64,000 nt of DNA from an uncultured Novosphingobium sp. (lineage in GTDB: Bacteria > Pseudomonadota > Alphaproteobacteria > Sphingomonadales > Sphingomonadaceae). The stretch is taken from positions 1,352-65,351 of the forward strand of contig CALKVF010000077.1 in NCBI GenBank assembly GCA_937996535.1, in the 5' to 3' direction. The number at the start of each line of letters is the position of its first letter. Positions within the stretch are counted from its first letter, which is position 1. This document shows positions 1 through 8,121 of the stretch, in pieces. A program made the position numbers and the translations under genes. Below the pieces are notes generated by a model. That model saw only the letters and a list, made by a program, of their open reading frames with translations. It made no database searches and was not told the origin of the DNA.

Positions 1-91
1 GGTCAATCCCGAAATCCGCATCGACACCACGCAGCTCACGCCCGAACAGGCGGCCGATCTGGTGGTTGACCGCCTGCTGGGAGACGCCTGA
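1..91 (+). CDS. cysNC: 3' end of bifunctional sulfate adenylyltransferase subunit 1/APS kinase (CysN/CysC), partial
   Basis: Frame from nt 2 reads VNPEIRIDTTQLTPEQAADLVVDRLLGDA*, a typical APS-kinase C-terminus; lies directly upstream of DUF2061 and cysQ. Confidence 0.75.
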   Translation, partial: VNPEIRIDTTQLTPEQAADLVVDRLLGDA

Positions 92-94
92 GCC

Positions 95-343
95 ATGTTC
101 CTGTTCAATGGCCACGAAACCCACCGCCGCTCGTTCCTCAAGGGGATCAGCTGGCGGGTGCTGGGCAGCATCGACACCTTCCTGCTCAGCTGGTTCTTCA
201 CCAGCAACGCCAAGGCGGCAGGGGCGATCGCTTCGACCGAAGTGATTACAAAAGTCCTGCTTTACTATTTCCACGAACGCGTCTGGAGTTCGGTCGAATG
301 GGGCGTCGATCGCACCCCCGACGATCCGGCTGCCAATATCTGA
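95..343 (+). CDS. DUF2061 family small membrane protein
   Basis: RSFLKGISWRVLGSIDTF...ITKVLLYYFHERVW signature; sulfate-activation operon context. Confidence 0.85.
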   Translation: MFLFNGHETHRRSFLKGISWRVLGSIDTFLLSWFFTSNAKAAGAIASTEVITKVLLYYFHERVWSSVEWGVDRTPDDPAANI

Positions 344-353
344 GGAACCCTGA

Positions 354-1082
354 ATGACCGACGCCGAACTTGCCGCGCATCTGGCCGAAGTGGCCGGCCG
401 CCTGCTGCTTGAAGTGCGCGGATCGGGGGTTTTTGCGGGCAAGGCGCTGGGCAATGCCGGCGATGCGGTGGCCAACCGCTTCCTCGTCGAGGCGCTGCGC
501 GAAGCCCGCGCCGAGGACGGCCTGCTCTCCGAAGAGGAAAAGGACAGCGCCGAGCGCCTGAGCCAGAGCCGGGTGTGGATCGTCGATCCGGTCGATGGCA
601 CCCGCGAATACGGCGAAGAGCGCGCCGACTGGGCGGTTCACGTGGCGCTCGCCATCGATGGCAAGCCGGTGCTCGGCGCAGTCGCCCTGCCCGGTGCAGG
701 CACGGTGCTGCGCAGCGACCGGCCGGGCGTTGTGCCCCCCGCGCCCGAGCGCCTGCGCATGGTGGTCAGCCGCACGCGGCCCGCCGCCGAAGCGATGGGC
801 GTTGCCGCCGCGCTCGATGCCGAACTGATCCCGATGGGCAGCGCCGGGGCCAAGGCGATGGCCGTGGTGCTGGGGCAGGCTGACATCTACCTTCATACCG
901 GCGGGCAATACGAATGGGACAGCTGCGCACCCGCCGCCGTGGCGCTCGCGCATGGCCTCCATGTCAGCCGGATCGACGGCAGCCCGCTGGTCTATAACCA
1001 GCGCGACACCTACATGCCCGATCTGCTGGTTTGCCGCACCGAGCACGCCCCCCTGGTATTCGAGGCGCTGAAGGGGCTTTAA
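354..1082 (+). CDS. cysQ: 3'(2'),5'-bisphosphate nucleotidase (PAP phosphatase)
   Basis: Inositol-monophosphatase motifs LSEE, WIVDPVDGTREY, GSAGAK, EWDSCAP; GAGGA RBS. Confidence 0.92.
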   Translation: MTDAELAAHLAEVAGRLLLEVRGSGVFAGKALGNAGDAVANRFLVEALREARAEDGLLSEEEKDSAERLSQSRVWIVDPVDGTREYGEERADWAVHVALAIDGKPVLGAVALPGAGTVLRSDRPGVVPPAPERLRMVVSRTRPAAEAMGVAAALDAELIPMGSAGAKAMAVVLGQADIYLHTGGQYEWDSCAPAAVALAHGLHVSRIDGSPLVYNQRDTYMPDLLVCRTEHAPLVFEALKGL

Positions 1083-2233
1083 CCCTCGTTCAATTCCGCC
1101 CGGATTTGCACGCCCTGTTCGTCCAGCCGGGGCGGCATTGAGAGCTGCTCCGGGATACCGGCGGAAAACCGCACCGGCTGGGCCTGCTCGAAATAAGCGC
1201 CTTCGCTGGGGTGTTCGCGCCGCCGGAAAAAGCCCACCGCATTGAGGTGCGGATCGTGCAACACCTCGCCCAGATCCTGCACGGCCTGTGCCGGCAATTG
1301 CGTGGCGTGGCAGCGGCGGATCAGCTCGGCGGTGCTGAAGTTCGGCGTCAATGCGGCGATGTGCTGATACAGTTCGTCCTGATGGGTTGCCCGCCCGCCC
1401 GGCACGTTGAAGCGTTCCTGGGTGATGAATTCGGGATCTTCCAGCACGGTGAATACCCGGTCCCAGGCATCGTGGGTATACATCACGATGCTGACCGCGC
1501 CGTCGCTGGCCGGGAACGGCTGGCGATAGGGATCGACCTGCCGGGCATAGCCGACCGGCGCATTGGGCGGATCGAAGGTCTGCCCGCCCAGATGCTCCAG
1601 CATCATGAAGCTTGAGAACACCTCGAACATCGGCACTTCGACCAATTGCCCCTCGCCCGTGCGCTCTCGGTGGAACAGCGCACCCAGCGCGCCATAGGCA
1701 GCGTGCAGCCCCGCCACCTTGTCCGCAATCAGCGAGGGTAGGTAGCGCGGGCGAGGATCGCCATCGACGCGCGGCAGCAGCGTGGCCGTGCCGCTGGCCG
1801 CCTGGATCACGTCATCATAGGTCTGCAAGTCGGCATAGGGACCGTCCTGCCCGAAGCCGACGCAGTGGACGTAAACGATGTCGGGCCGCAGCGCCTTGAC
1901 GCTGTCATAGTCGAGCCCCAGCCGTTCCAGCGCCTTGCCGCGCACGTTGACCACGAAGACATCGGCCTCGCGCAAGAGACCCTGCATCACCGCAGCATCG
2001 GTTTCGCCCTTGAGATCGAGCGCGATCGAACGCTTGCCGCGATTGAGCGCCATGAACCCCGGCGCCATGCCCGGGGTGGCCGCGGGCTTGGCCGACCAGC
2101 GAAACGCATCGCCGATCCCCGGGCTTTCGACCTTGATCACCTCGGCGCCCATGTCCGCAAGGATTTGCGTCGCATAGGGGCCGAACACCACCGTGGTAAG
2201 ATCGACGACCCTGATCCCTTCAAGCATCCTCAT
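1079..2233 (-). CDS. CaiB/BaiF family (class III) CoA-transferase
   Basis: LEGIRVVDLT..GPYATQILADMGAEVIKVE, LNRGKRSIALDLK, GFGQDGPY, YDDVIQA; start chosen from GGTGAGG RBS. Confidence 0.9.
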   Translation of the reverse strand: MRMLEGIRVVDLTTVVFGPYATQILADMGAEVIKVESPGIGDAFRWSAKPAATPGMAPGFMALNRGKRSIALDLKGETDAAVMQGLLREADVFVVNVRGKALERLGLDYDSVKALRPDIVYVHCVGFGQDGPYADLQTYDDVIQAASGTATLLPRVDGDPRPRYLPSLIADKVAGLHAAYGALGALFHRERTGEGQLVEVPMFEVFSSFMMLEHLGGQTFDPPNAPVGYARQVDPYRQPFPASDGAVSIVMYTHDAWDRVFTVLEDPEFITQERFNVPGGRATHQDELYQHIAALTPNFSTAELIRRCHATQLPAQAVQDLGEVLHDPHLNAVGFFRRREHPSEGAYFEQAQPVRFSAGIPEQLSMPPRLDEQGVQIRAELNEG

Positions 2234-2334
2234 GCGGCCCAATCCTCACCTATGGAATCCCCTAAGACCAAGGCGATGCCACAAGTCGGGCGGCAAGGGA
2301 AAGGGGCAGCCGTGCCGCGCCCGTTCCAAATGGT

Positions 2335-3027
2335 TCAGGCGGTGCGCTTGGGCGGCTCGTAGGGCGGCAGGCCTTCATAGACGCTGTCGGGCGTGACCAG
2401 CATCTTGTCATAGACCTCCTTGGGATAGTCGAGATGCGGCTTGGCCGGATCATAGGCCGGCTGGGGCACGTTGGGCGCACCGGCATAGGCCGCGGGATTG
2501 ACCATCGCGGCCATTTCATCGGCCGAAACGCCAAGGCTGGCCAGCACATCGGGATCGACCCAGGTCGGCGCATCGAGCACCCGATACTGGGTGGCGATTT
2601 CCAGCGTCATGTTCTCAGGTCCGGCGAAATAGAGCGACTTGCAGAACCCGTGATCGATCGGACCGACGATCGGCACGCCGTGGCTGCGCACCCGGTCGCG
2701 CATGGCATAGAGCGCGGTTTCATCGGGCACGCGGAAGGCCACGTGCTGCATCACCCCCGGCGCGCAGGGGATTTCGCCGCGCCCGGCGTGGGTCACCCCG
2801 ATAGTGCTCGGGATCTTTTCCCCGCCCGGCACGTAAACCAGGCTGAACAGGCTATCGTCGGCCATCTTGAGGAACGCGTGCGACGCCCCGGCAACGCCGT
2901 GCATCTCGAAAATGGCGACCAGCGGGAAGCCCAGCACCTGGGTAAAGAATTCCAGCTGCTTCTTCATGTCACCGGCCATGAAGGCGATGTGGTGGACCCC
3001 GACGGGGTGCTGCGCGGTAGTGGTCAT
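2335..3027 (-). CDS. VOC/glyoxalase family protein
   Basis: GVHHIAF, MQHVAF, GPIDHGFCKSLYFAGPENMTLEI metal-ligand pattern. Confidence 0.85.
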   Translation of the reverse strand: MTTTAQHPVGVHHIAFMAGDMKKQLEFFTQVLGFPLVAIFEMHGVAGASHAFLKMADDSLFSLVYVPGGEKIPSTIGVTHAGRGEIPCAPGVMQHVAFRVPDETALYAMRDRVRSHGVPIVGPIDHGFCKSLYFAGPENMTLEIATQYRVLDAPTWVDPDVLASLGVSADEMAAMVNPAAYAGAPNVPQPAYDPAKPHLDYPKEVYDKMLVTPDSVYEGLPPYEPPKRTA

Positions 3028-3065
3028 CGATGTATCTCCTCGATCACGATTGCATTGGGCGCGGA

Positions 3066-4634
3066 TCAGCCGACCTTGGCGATCTCGCGCAGTTCCTTCT
3101 TGGCGACCTTGTTGAGTTCGGCGCGGGGGAATTCGTCCATGAACAGCACGTCGACCGGCACCTTGAACCCGGCGAGTTCATGGCGGCAGGCGGCGAGCAC
3201 GGCATCGCGCAGCCCATCGCCCGGCTGGGCCGCGATGATGAAGGCCACCGGCACTTCATCAAGCATCGGATGCGGACGGCCGACCACGGCCACCTCGCCC
3301 ACCCCGGCCACGGCGGCGATTACCGCCTCGATCTCGCTCGCGGCGACGTTTTCCGCGCCAACCTTGAGCATGTCCTTGGCCCGGTCGGCAAAGCGCAGGT
3401 GGCCTTCCTCGGCCTGCCACACGCGGTCGCCGGTATCGAACCAGCCATCGGCATCAAAGCTTGCGGCGGTCGCTTCGGGGTTGTTGAGATATTCGAGGAA
3501 CAGCGCGCGCCCGCGCTTGCCCCGGATCTTGAGGTTGCCGGTTTCGCCCTTGGCCACCGCCACCCCGGCATCGTCGACCACCTTGATCTCGTATTCCGGG
3601 GCCGGCAGCCCCATCGAGCGCGGCGCGGCGGGCAGTTGCGGCGGGGTGAAGGTGCCGTGCGTGACGATCTCGGTCATGCCCCAGGCACCGACGATGGTGA
3701 GGCGCAGCACCGGCTCCAGATTGCCGATGTTGGCCGCGCCCACCACCCAGTGGCGGAAACTGTGCTGCTCCGGGATCCCCTGCGCGATCGCGGCCTGCAG
3801 CGCGAAGGGGATGACATTGCCCCAGGTGCAGCCGTGTTTGAGCGCATTGGGCCAGAACCGGCTGGCCGAGAACTTGGGCTGCAGCACCATCCGGCTGCCC
3901 GACCAGACCACCGGAAAGTGGCCCCAGCTCATCGCATTAGTGTGGCACAGCGGAGTGAAGACCAGCGCGCAGTCGTCGCTGCGGAGCTGGTTGTGCGCCG
4001 CCCCCACCTGCGCGCCCCACAGCACGTTGGCGTGGGTCCAGACCACGCCCTTGGGGCGCGAGGTGGTGCCCGAGGTATATTGCACCGAAATCCGCGTCAT
4101 TGGATCGAGCGGCGCGAACACCTCCGCCGCGCCGTCGCCCGGAATCGCGCTGAACGGCAACACGCCTTCTGGCAGCGGCGCATCCCCGTCTTCCGGCACC
4201 GCAATTGCCGCCACCCAATCAAACTTCGCGCCCGTCTCGGCCAGCAACGGCAGATAGGTGCTTTCGACCACCGCCGCCTTCACGCCCGAATGCTCGATAA
4301 AATAGATCATCTCGCCTACCGCGGCGCGCGGATTGGTGGTGACCACCACCGCGCCGATCAGCGCACAGGCGTACCAGGTCAGCAGAAATTCGGGGCAATT
4401 GTTGGCATGGAGCAGCAGGAAATCACCCTGCCCGATCCCGCGCGCGCGCAGCCCCGCGGCCGTATCGCGCACCGCGGCGTAGAACTCACCGTAGGACCAG
4501 GTGCGCCCTGCCCCGGCGAACGGCTCCCAGATCAGGAACGGGGCATCGCCGCGCCGCTCGGCCTGGGCACGCAGCAGCCAGTGGACATCCTTGTCGGCAT
4601 AGGGATCAAGGGCGGCAGGATCGAACACGCTCAT
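3066..4634 (-). CDS. Acyl-CoA ligase (CaiC-like AMP-binding protein)
   Basis: YTSGTTSRPKG P-loop, WGMTE, WFDTGD, DRAKDMLKVGAENV, C-terminal NKVAK. Confidence 0.92.
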   Translation of the reverse strand: MSVFDPAALDPYADKDVHWLLRAQAERRGDAPFLIWEPFAGAGRTWSYGEFYAAVRDTAAGLRARGIGQGDFLLLHANNCPEFLLTWYACALIGAVVVTTNPRAAVGEMIYFIEHSGVKAAVVESTYLPLLAETGAKFDWVAAIAVPEDGDAPLPEGVLPFSAIPGDGAAEVFAPLDPMTRISVQYTSGTTSRPKGVVWTHANVLWGAQVGAAHNQLRSDDCALVFTPLCHTNAMSWGHFPVVWSGSRMVLQPKFSASRFWPNALKHGCTWGNVIPFALQAAIAQGIPEQHSFRHWVVGAANIGNLEPVLRLTIVGAWGMTEIVTHGTFTPPQLPAAPRSMGLPAPEYEIKVVDDAGVAVAKGETGNLKIRGKRGRALFLEYLNNPEATAASFDADGWFDTGDRVWQAEEGHLRFADRAKDMLKVGAENVAASEIEAVIAAVAGVGEVAVVGRPHPMLDEVPVAFIIAAQPGDGLRDAVLAACRHELAGFKVPVDVLFMDEFPRAELNKVAKKELREIAKVG

Positions 4635-4638
4635 CGCC

Positions 4639-5496
4639 TTACTGCCCCTCGAACACCGGCTTGTAGGCCGCCGGATCGGGATTGGCGAGCCACATGCCGA
4701 GCGCGTTCTTTACGTCCTCGCTGTGGATCACCTTGCCCAGTTCGATGCTTTCGAGCGCGAGGAAATCGCGCTGCCCCTGATTGGTGCCAAAGTTCACCAG
4801 CGTCTTGACCCCGCGCAGCGCGAGCGGCGCGCGGGCGGCCATGTTGGCAACGAACGCGGCAACGTCGGCATCAAAAGTTTCGGGCGCATAGAGCCGGGAG
4901 ATGAGGCCCAGCTCAAGCGCCTTGGCCGGGGGCAGGAATTCACCGTGCAGCAGCACGTCGAGCGCCTTGGCCCGGCCGAGCAGGCGCACGCAGTGCCACG
5001 CCCCGCCGCCGCCGGGCACCAGCCCGAAACTGGTCTGCGGCAACGCAAAGCTGCCTTCGGGGTGATCCATCATCAGCCGGAAATCGAACGACAGCGAAAA
5101 TTCGCACCCGCCCCCGCCAACCACGCCGTTGATCGCCGCCACCGTCACCGCCGGCAGGTTCTGGATGCGCAGCGCCAGTTCATGGATGCTGCTCATCGAA
5201 GAGGGGATTGCGCGGGTGATTTCGAGCAGTTCCTCCGCGCGCGAAGGCCCGCCATCGGCCCCTTCGCGGCGGCCTTCGGCATGGTCCTGCATTTCGTTGA
5301 GGTCCATCCAGCGCAGGAACACCCCGTTCTCACCCGTGACCAGGAAGACTCGCACCGAAGGATCGCTCTCGATCTCGGTGAGCAGGGTGTGCAGTTCGGC
5401 CAGCATCCGCGAATTGAGCACCTGCAGCGGCGGATTGCTCATCCGGCAGGTAACGACGTGGCCTTCGCGGCTGACATTGAGATGGCGGTAGTCCAT
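4639..5496 (-). CDS. Enoyl-CoA hydratase/isomerase (crotonase) family protein, atypical
   Basis: TVAAINGVVGGGGCEFSLSFDFR, FGLVPGGGG; start MDYRHL after GAGGAG. Confidence 0.85.
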   Translation of the reverse strand: MDYRHLNVSREGHVVTCRMSNPPLQVLNSRMLAELHTLLTEIESDPSVRVFLVTGENGVFLRWMDLNEMQDHAEGRREGADGGPSRAEELLEITRAIPSSMSSIHELALRIQNLPAVTVAAINGVVGGGGCEFSLSFDFRLMMDHPEGSFALPQTSFGLVPGGGGAWHCVRLLGRAKALDVLLHGEFLPPAKALELGLISRLYAPETFDADVAAFVANMAARAPLALRGVKTLVNFGTNQGQRDFLALESIELGKVIHSEDVKNALGMWLANPDPAAYKPVFEGQ

Positions 5497-5573
5497 CGGC
5501 GGCGCTCCTCTCGATCCGGACCGCTCGGGCGGCCTCTGGTGCATGGTGGACAGTCATGCGCTCCGCGATTAAT

Positions 5574-5588
5574 GTCAATTAAATTTAC
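5574..5588. promoter_or_regulatory. GTCAA-N5-TTGAC-type operator (GTCAATTAAATTTAC)
   Basis: Palindrome variant shared with other intergenic regions of the catabolic island; sits between divergent genes. Confidence 0.55.
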
Positions 5589-5684
5589 CGTTTGAACGAT
5601 GCCAGTTGATGATTGACAGGTTCGCCACGATCACGGCAATCGCATCGGCCTAACAGATTGACAGAAATGGGAAGAGACAAGCCA

Positions 5685-6107
5685 ATGGCCAAGACCCTGA
5701 CGACGCAGACCATCTCCAACGAACTGGCCGAAACGCTGATGCGCGGCGCCGTGGCCAAGGCCGAGGCGATGGGCGTGCCGATGTGCATCGCGATCTGCGA
5801 TCCTTCGGGCGCGCTGGTGCAGTTCCTGCGGATGGACCGCGCCGCCCTGCTCAGCGTCAACATCGCGCAGGACAAGGCCTATACTGCCGTCTCGTTCGGC
5901 ATGGCGACCCACGAATGGCACGATTTCATCAAGGACGACGCGCCGCTGCTGCACGGCATCGTCCACACACCGCGCCTGGTGGTGTTCGGCGGCGGCTATC
6001 CGATCAAGGTCGATGGCGAAGTGGTCGGCGGGATCGGGGTCAGCGGCGGACACTATAGCCATGACATGGAAGTCGCGCTGGCCGGTCTCGCCGCCGCCGG
6101 GCTCTGA
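5685..6107 (+). CDS. GlcG/HbpS (DUF336) heme-binding protein
   Basis: FLRMDRAALLSVNIAQDKAYTA, GGGYPIKVDGEVVGGIGVSGG. Confidence 0.9.
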   Translation: MAKTLTTQTISNELAETLMRGAVAKAEAMGVPMCIAICDPSGALVQFLRMDRAALLSVNIAQDKAYTAVSFGMATHEWHDFIKDDAPLLHGIVHTPRLVVFGGGYPIKVDGEVVGGIGVSGGHYSHDMEVALAGLAAAGL

Positions 6108-6111
6108 TCCG

Positions 6112-6768
6112 TCAGACCAGCAAACCGCGCACGATCAGGTCAGCCGCGCTGGCGATCGTGCGCGATAGCGCCTCGGGCTCGCTGCTCAGCCGCTCGTCGA
6201 CCGCCTCGACCAGCGGTCGCAGAGCCACCAGCGCGCCCGCGCCGTGGGCCAGCAGCGTGAACGGCACCGTGATGTGGACATCGCGGAACACCCCCTGCGC
6301 GCGGCCTTCCTCCAGCATCGTCGCGATCGGCCAGGTTCGCGCGCGAAAGAAGGTTTCGACGATATAGTCGAGCCGCTCGCTGCGCCGCGCGCCTTCCACG
6401 TTCATCAGCTGCACGATCGCCGGAAAAGCGGCCACGGATTCGAGGAAATCGACGCAGGCCGCGTGCAACCGGCGCTCTACCGCGGTGTCACCGGCGAGGC
6501 CGCGCTGCGATGCGACCATGCGGTCGTGCAGCCGTCCCATGCCGTGATCGACCGCGGCCATCCACAGGCCCAGCTTGGTCCCGAACCGCGCGTTGAGCAG
6601 TCCGTGGCTGATCCCCAGCGATGCCGCGATCTCGCGGATCGAGGCGCCTTCGAAGCCGCGTTCGGCAAAGGCTTCGAGCGCGCGTTCAAGGCAGGCCTCG
6701 TCGGCCACCGGGGGCTGGTCGGTATGGGCCGGTCGGCCGGGCCGGCGGCGATGGGTAAGCGCAGTCAT
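6112..6768 (-). CDS. TetR/AcrR family regulator
   Basis: ALEAFAERGFEGASIREIAASLGISHGLLNARFGTK HTH. Confidence 0.88.
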   Translation of the reverse strand: MTALTHRRRPGRPAHTDQPPVADEACLERALEAFAERGFEGASIREIAASLGISHGLLNARFGTKLGLWMAAVDHGMGRLHDRMVASQRGLAGDTAVERRLHAACVDFLESVAAFPAIVQLMNVEGARRSERLDYIVETFFRARTWPIATMLEEGRAQGVFRDVHITVPFTLLAHGAGALVALRPLVEAVDERLSSEPEALSRTIASAADLIVRGLLV

Positions 6769-6822
6769 CCTGCCCCTCTAGCACAGATGCGAAAGAATAA
6801 TTAGACAATCGGATATTTATTG

Positions 6823-6858
6823 GTCATCTGCGTTGACGAAATCATCAAGGGAGTTGAC
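6823..6858. promoter_or_regulatory. Two tandem GTCAA-N5-TTGAC-type operators (6823-6837 GTCATCTGCGTTGAC; 6844-6858 ATCAAGGGAGTTGAC)
   Basis: Each has one mismatch to the island consensus; the second overlaps the RBS of the monooxygenase. Confidence 0.5.
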
Positions 6859-6859
6859 G

Positions 6860-8011
6860 ATGCCCGCCACCCACGCCGAACTGGTTGAACGCGCCCGAGC
6901 CCTCGCCCCGGCGATCCGCGCCCGCGCCGCAGAGGCCGCCGCCTTGCGCAAACCCGTCGACGCCTCGATCCAGGATCTCATCGATGCCGAACTGATCCAG
7001 ATGTTCGTTCCGAAGCGTTGGGGCGGCTCGGAAGCCCCGCTCGCGGCGATGATGGACGTGGTCGAGATCATCAGCGCGGCCTGTCCGTCCACCGGGTGGA
7101 TCACCGCCTTCTACATCAGCCACAACATATACGTCGCCAAATTCGCCGAGGCGGTGCAGGAGCAGTTGTTCGGCCCGCGCGGCTATGTCCTGCTGCCGGC
7201 CGCGTCCGCTGCCGATATGGAGGCCCGCAAGGTCGATGGCGGCTGGGAAGTCAGCGGCCGGGCGGCCTGGGGCTCGGGCGTAATGCACGCGGATTGGGTG
7301 CTGATGAGCGGCAAGGCCGAAGACGGCCCGCGCTCGTTCCTGATGCCGATCGACGCGGTCGAAGTGCTTGATACCTGGCACTTTGCCGGTATGGCCGGGA
7401 CCGGCAGCAACGATTATGTCGCGCGCAGCGTGTTCGTGCCCGATGCCCACGCGATCACCGCTGGCGAGTTCCACGGCGGCGCAACCGAAGGCTCAAGACT
7501 GCACGCCAACCCCTTGTTCTCGATCCCGTTTCTGGTGTCAGCTTATTGCACGATCCTGCCGGTGATCACCGGCAGTCTCAAGGGCATGATGGGCGCCTAT
7601 GAAGAGATGATCGACAAGCGCGTGCGCAATTTCAGCGGGGTCGTGCTCAAGGATCAGCAGACCGCGCACACCACACTGGGCCAGCTGCAAATCGAAACCC
7701 GCGCGGCAGGCGAACTGGCCCGCGCGGTCTATGACCGGGCTGAAGGCGTGCTGGCCGCGCGCCCCTTCACCACCGACGACCGGCTCCACGCCAAGGGCCA
7801 GACCGCCTTCACCTCGCGCCACTGCCGCGAGACGGCCAACCGCATGATGGCCGCGGCCGGTGCATCAAGCTTCCACGAGGGCCAGCCGCTCCAGCGCATC
7901 TGGCGCGACATCAACACCGTCTGCTCGCACGCGTTCTGGGATTGGGACGTGTCGTGCGAGCAAACCGGGCGCCAGCATCTCGGCCTGCCGCTGACCCACC
8001 CGCTGGTCTGA
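6860..8011 (+). CDS. Flavin-dependent monooxygenase, acyl-CoA dehydrogenase fold (HsaA/C2-like, group D)
   Basis: ELVERARALAP, FVPKRWGG, ACPSTGW, WGSGVMHADW, DTWHFAGMAGTGSND, LQRIWRD. Confidence 0.85.
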   Translation: MPATHAELVERARALAPAIRARAAEAAALRKPVDASIQDLIDAELIQMFVPKRWGGSEAPLAAMMDVVEIISAACPSTGWITAFYISHNIYVAKFAEAVQEQLFGPRGYVLLPAASAADMEARKVDGGWEVSGRAAWGSGVMHADWVLMSGKAEDGPRSFLMPIDAVEVLDTWHFAGMAGTGSNDYVARSVFVPDAHAITAGEFHGGATEGSRLHANPLFSIPFLVSAYCTILPVITGSLKGMMGAYEEMIDKRVRNFSGVVLKDQQTAHTTLGQLQIETRAAGELARAVYDRAEGVLAARPFTTDDRLHAKGQTAFTSRHCRETANRMMAAAGASSFHEGQPLQRIWRDINTVCSHAFWDWDVSCEQTGRQHLGLPLTHPLV

Positions 8012-8028
8012 CCGGTCACCCCTTAGTT

Positions 8029-8079
8029 GACAATGAAGTTGACAAACATCGGGTTTGAGTTACCGTCAACATAATTGAC
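8029..8079. promoter_or_regulatory. Two GTCAA-N5-TTGAC operators upstream of the TonB receptor (8029-8043 GACAATGAAGTTGAC; 8065-8079 GTCAACATAATTGAC, perfect)
   Basis: Read directly in AT-rich intergenic DNA. Confidence 0.6.
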
Positions 8080-8121
8080 GCGAAGAAGCTGACAATCAGC
8101 TCTGTCATGGGAGGGAAGAGG

